Source of the DNA: a virus
Virus record (IMG/VR): IMGVR_UViG_3300048997_000130
Location: 96,001 to 160,000 of that record
Reading direction: 5' to 3' (one strand)
Length of the DNA: 64,000 nt
Every line of letters begins with the position of its first letter. Positions within the stretch are counted from its first letter, which is position 1. Both the position numbers and the translations under genes were made by a program. Under the pieces are notes generated by a model. That model did no database searches and was not told the origin of the DNA. It worked only from the letters and a program-made list of their open reading frames with translations. Of this stretch, positions 63,209 through 64,000 are shown in pieces.

Positions 63209-63703
63209 TTGGCTTCTCGAATTGAATCTTCGGTATTCACATCATGTAGATATGAATATTATTTTTATAGAAATATTATGAATTTGACTGGAAATTATGA
63301 AACTATAACAATTGATGATTCGTCTTGGTCTCTTCGATGTAGTTGGTATAAAGAATCTCATCATTGGTCGGTATGTATACGGATTTGTTTGAACAGTAAA
63401 CCTGTGGAAGAACTTGTATATTATGTGATTCCTGGTGGGAATTGGTCTGTGAGCGATTCAAGAATGGTTCCCAATAAACTAAATTCTATGCAAATTGCTA
63501 ATTTGATTGAGAAACGCTTGATTTCCAGTATGGCGCCATTGCCGCGCCCTATTGATATCGCCGAGTTCATGGATCGAGTACACAAACTCGCGCTGGTGGA
63601 AATGTTTCGGCAATTCGCAAAAGAATGGACAGGCGATATTGCAGTGGAAGATATTGCTTGTATTTGGGCCGAAGAACAATATCGCGGAGTTATGGAATCG
63701 TAG
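63209..63703 (+). CDS. hypothetical protein with tag
   Basis: ends WAEEQYRGVMES. Confidence 0.8.
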   Translation: MASRIESSVFTSCRYEYYFYRNIMNLTGNYETITIDDSSWSLRCSWYKESHHWSVCIRICLNSKPVEELVYYVIPGGNWSVSDSRMVPNKLNSMQIANLIEKRLISSMAPLPRPIDIAEFMDRVHKLALVEMFRQFAKEWTGDIAVEDIACIWAEEQYRGVMES

Positions 63704-63706
63704 ATT

Positions 63707-64000
63707 ATGAATATTGTTTGGTGTAGTGAAAGATCGCTGGAATCGCTGGGTTTGCGCGGTCTGTCGATTTTATCAGAATTGACAGATAATGGTGGAGTTT
63801 TCCTATCAATTAAAACTCCTAACAACCATAAATACTGTGCTACTATCAGCTTTGTAAAGCATATGATATTGTTCTCCACGCCTGAGAATCGTGTGGCTCA
63901 AGTCATTAGTTATGACATATTGATTAAATATATTAAGACTTCGTTCAGCGGGTTTTTATATGAACTCGTTAATACGAATGAAGGTTTGCCTTGGATAATT
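63707..64000 (+). CDS. partial hypothetical protein (runs off window end)
   Basis: ATG 63707, open to 64000. Confidence 0.6.
   Translation, partial: MNIVWCSERSLESLGLRGLSILSELTDNGGVFLSIKTPNNHKYCATISFVKHMILFSTPENRVAQVISYDILIKYIKTSFSGFLYELVNTNEGLPWII

Noticed and set aside
31699-63703. The VMES-type tail being only a by-product of an embedded Shine-Dalgarno
   Set aside because: Met is kept in ten tails without GGA, the upstream helix pattern is conserved, and tails also occur where no gene follows (10654, 49812).
1-64000. Stop-codon reassignment (code 15 or 4), prompted by an in-frame TAG at 19859 followed by a plausible peptide
   Set aside because: TAA, TAG and TGA all end tagged proteins at the same conserved position (e.g. 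TAG at 51384, 52351, 63703; TGA at 34113, 54118), and coding density is high under code 11.

Overview
This looks like an accessory/early-gene region of a very large dsDNA bacteriophage or phage-like element. That identity is an inference: no capsid, terminase or polymerase gene is in the window. Supporting features are dense short ORFs, strong GGAGG Shine-Dalgarno sites, two tRNA genes and a free-standing LAGLIDADG homing endonuclease. Standard code 11 fits. Two arms diverge from an AT-rich non-coding centre (~30.8-31.7 kb). The left arm is almost all minus-strand and GC-richer. It is built of 1-3-gene cassettes, each headed by GTAAAT-N14-YRTAGT-N~7-TGGAGGTT. The right arm is mostly plus-strand and becomes AT-rich. 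It is dominated by expanded paralogue families. The most striking signal is a shared C-terminal tag: 30 ORFs end in an amphipathic helix with Met exactly third from the end ([VIT]-M-x-x-stop, e.g. VMES, IMDG, TMEQ). Eight more carry Q/L/H variants. The tag sits on unrelated bodies (two large paralogue families, HTH proteins, Zn-binding proteins), which suggests a common targeting or scaffold-binding system. Recognisable genes include a stand-alone YcaO, a stand-alone PDZ protein, an ADP-ribosyltransferase-like protein, a degenerate DNA ligase adenylation domain, a papain-like peptidase, a pentapeptide-repeat protein, a C4HC3 Zn finger, a lipoprotein, tRNA-Leu(UAA) and tRNA-Ile(UAU). Most products are hypothetical, and all family calls are by-eye motif recognition.
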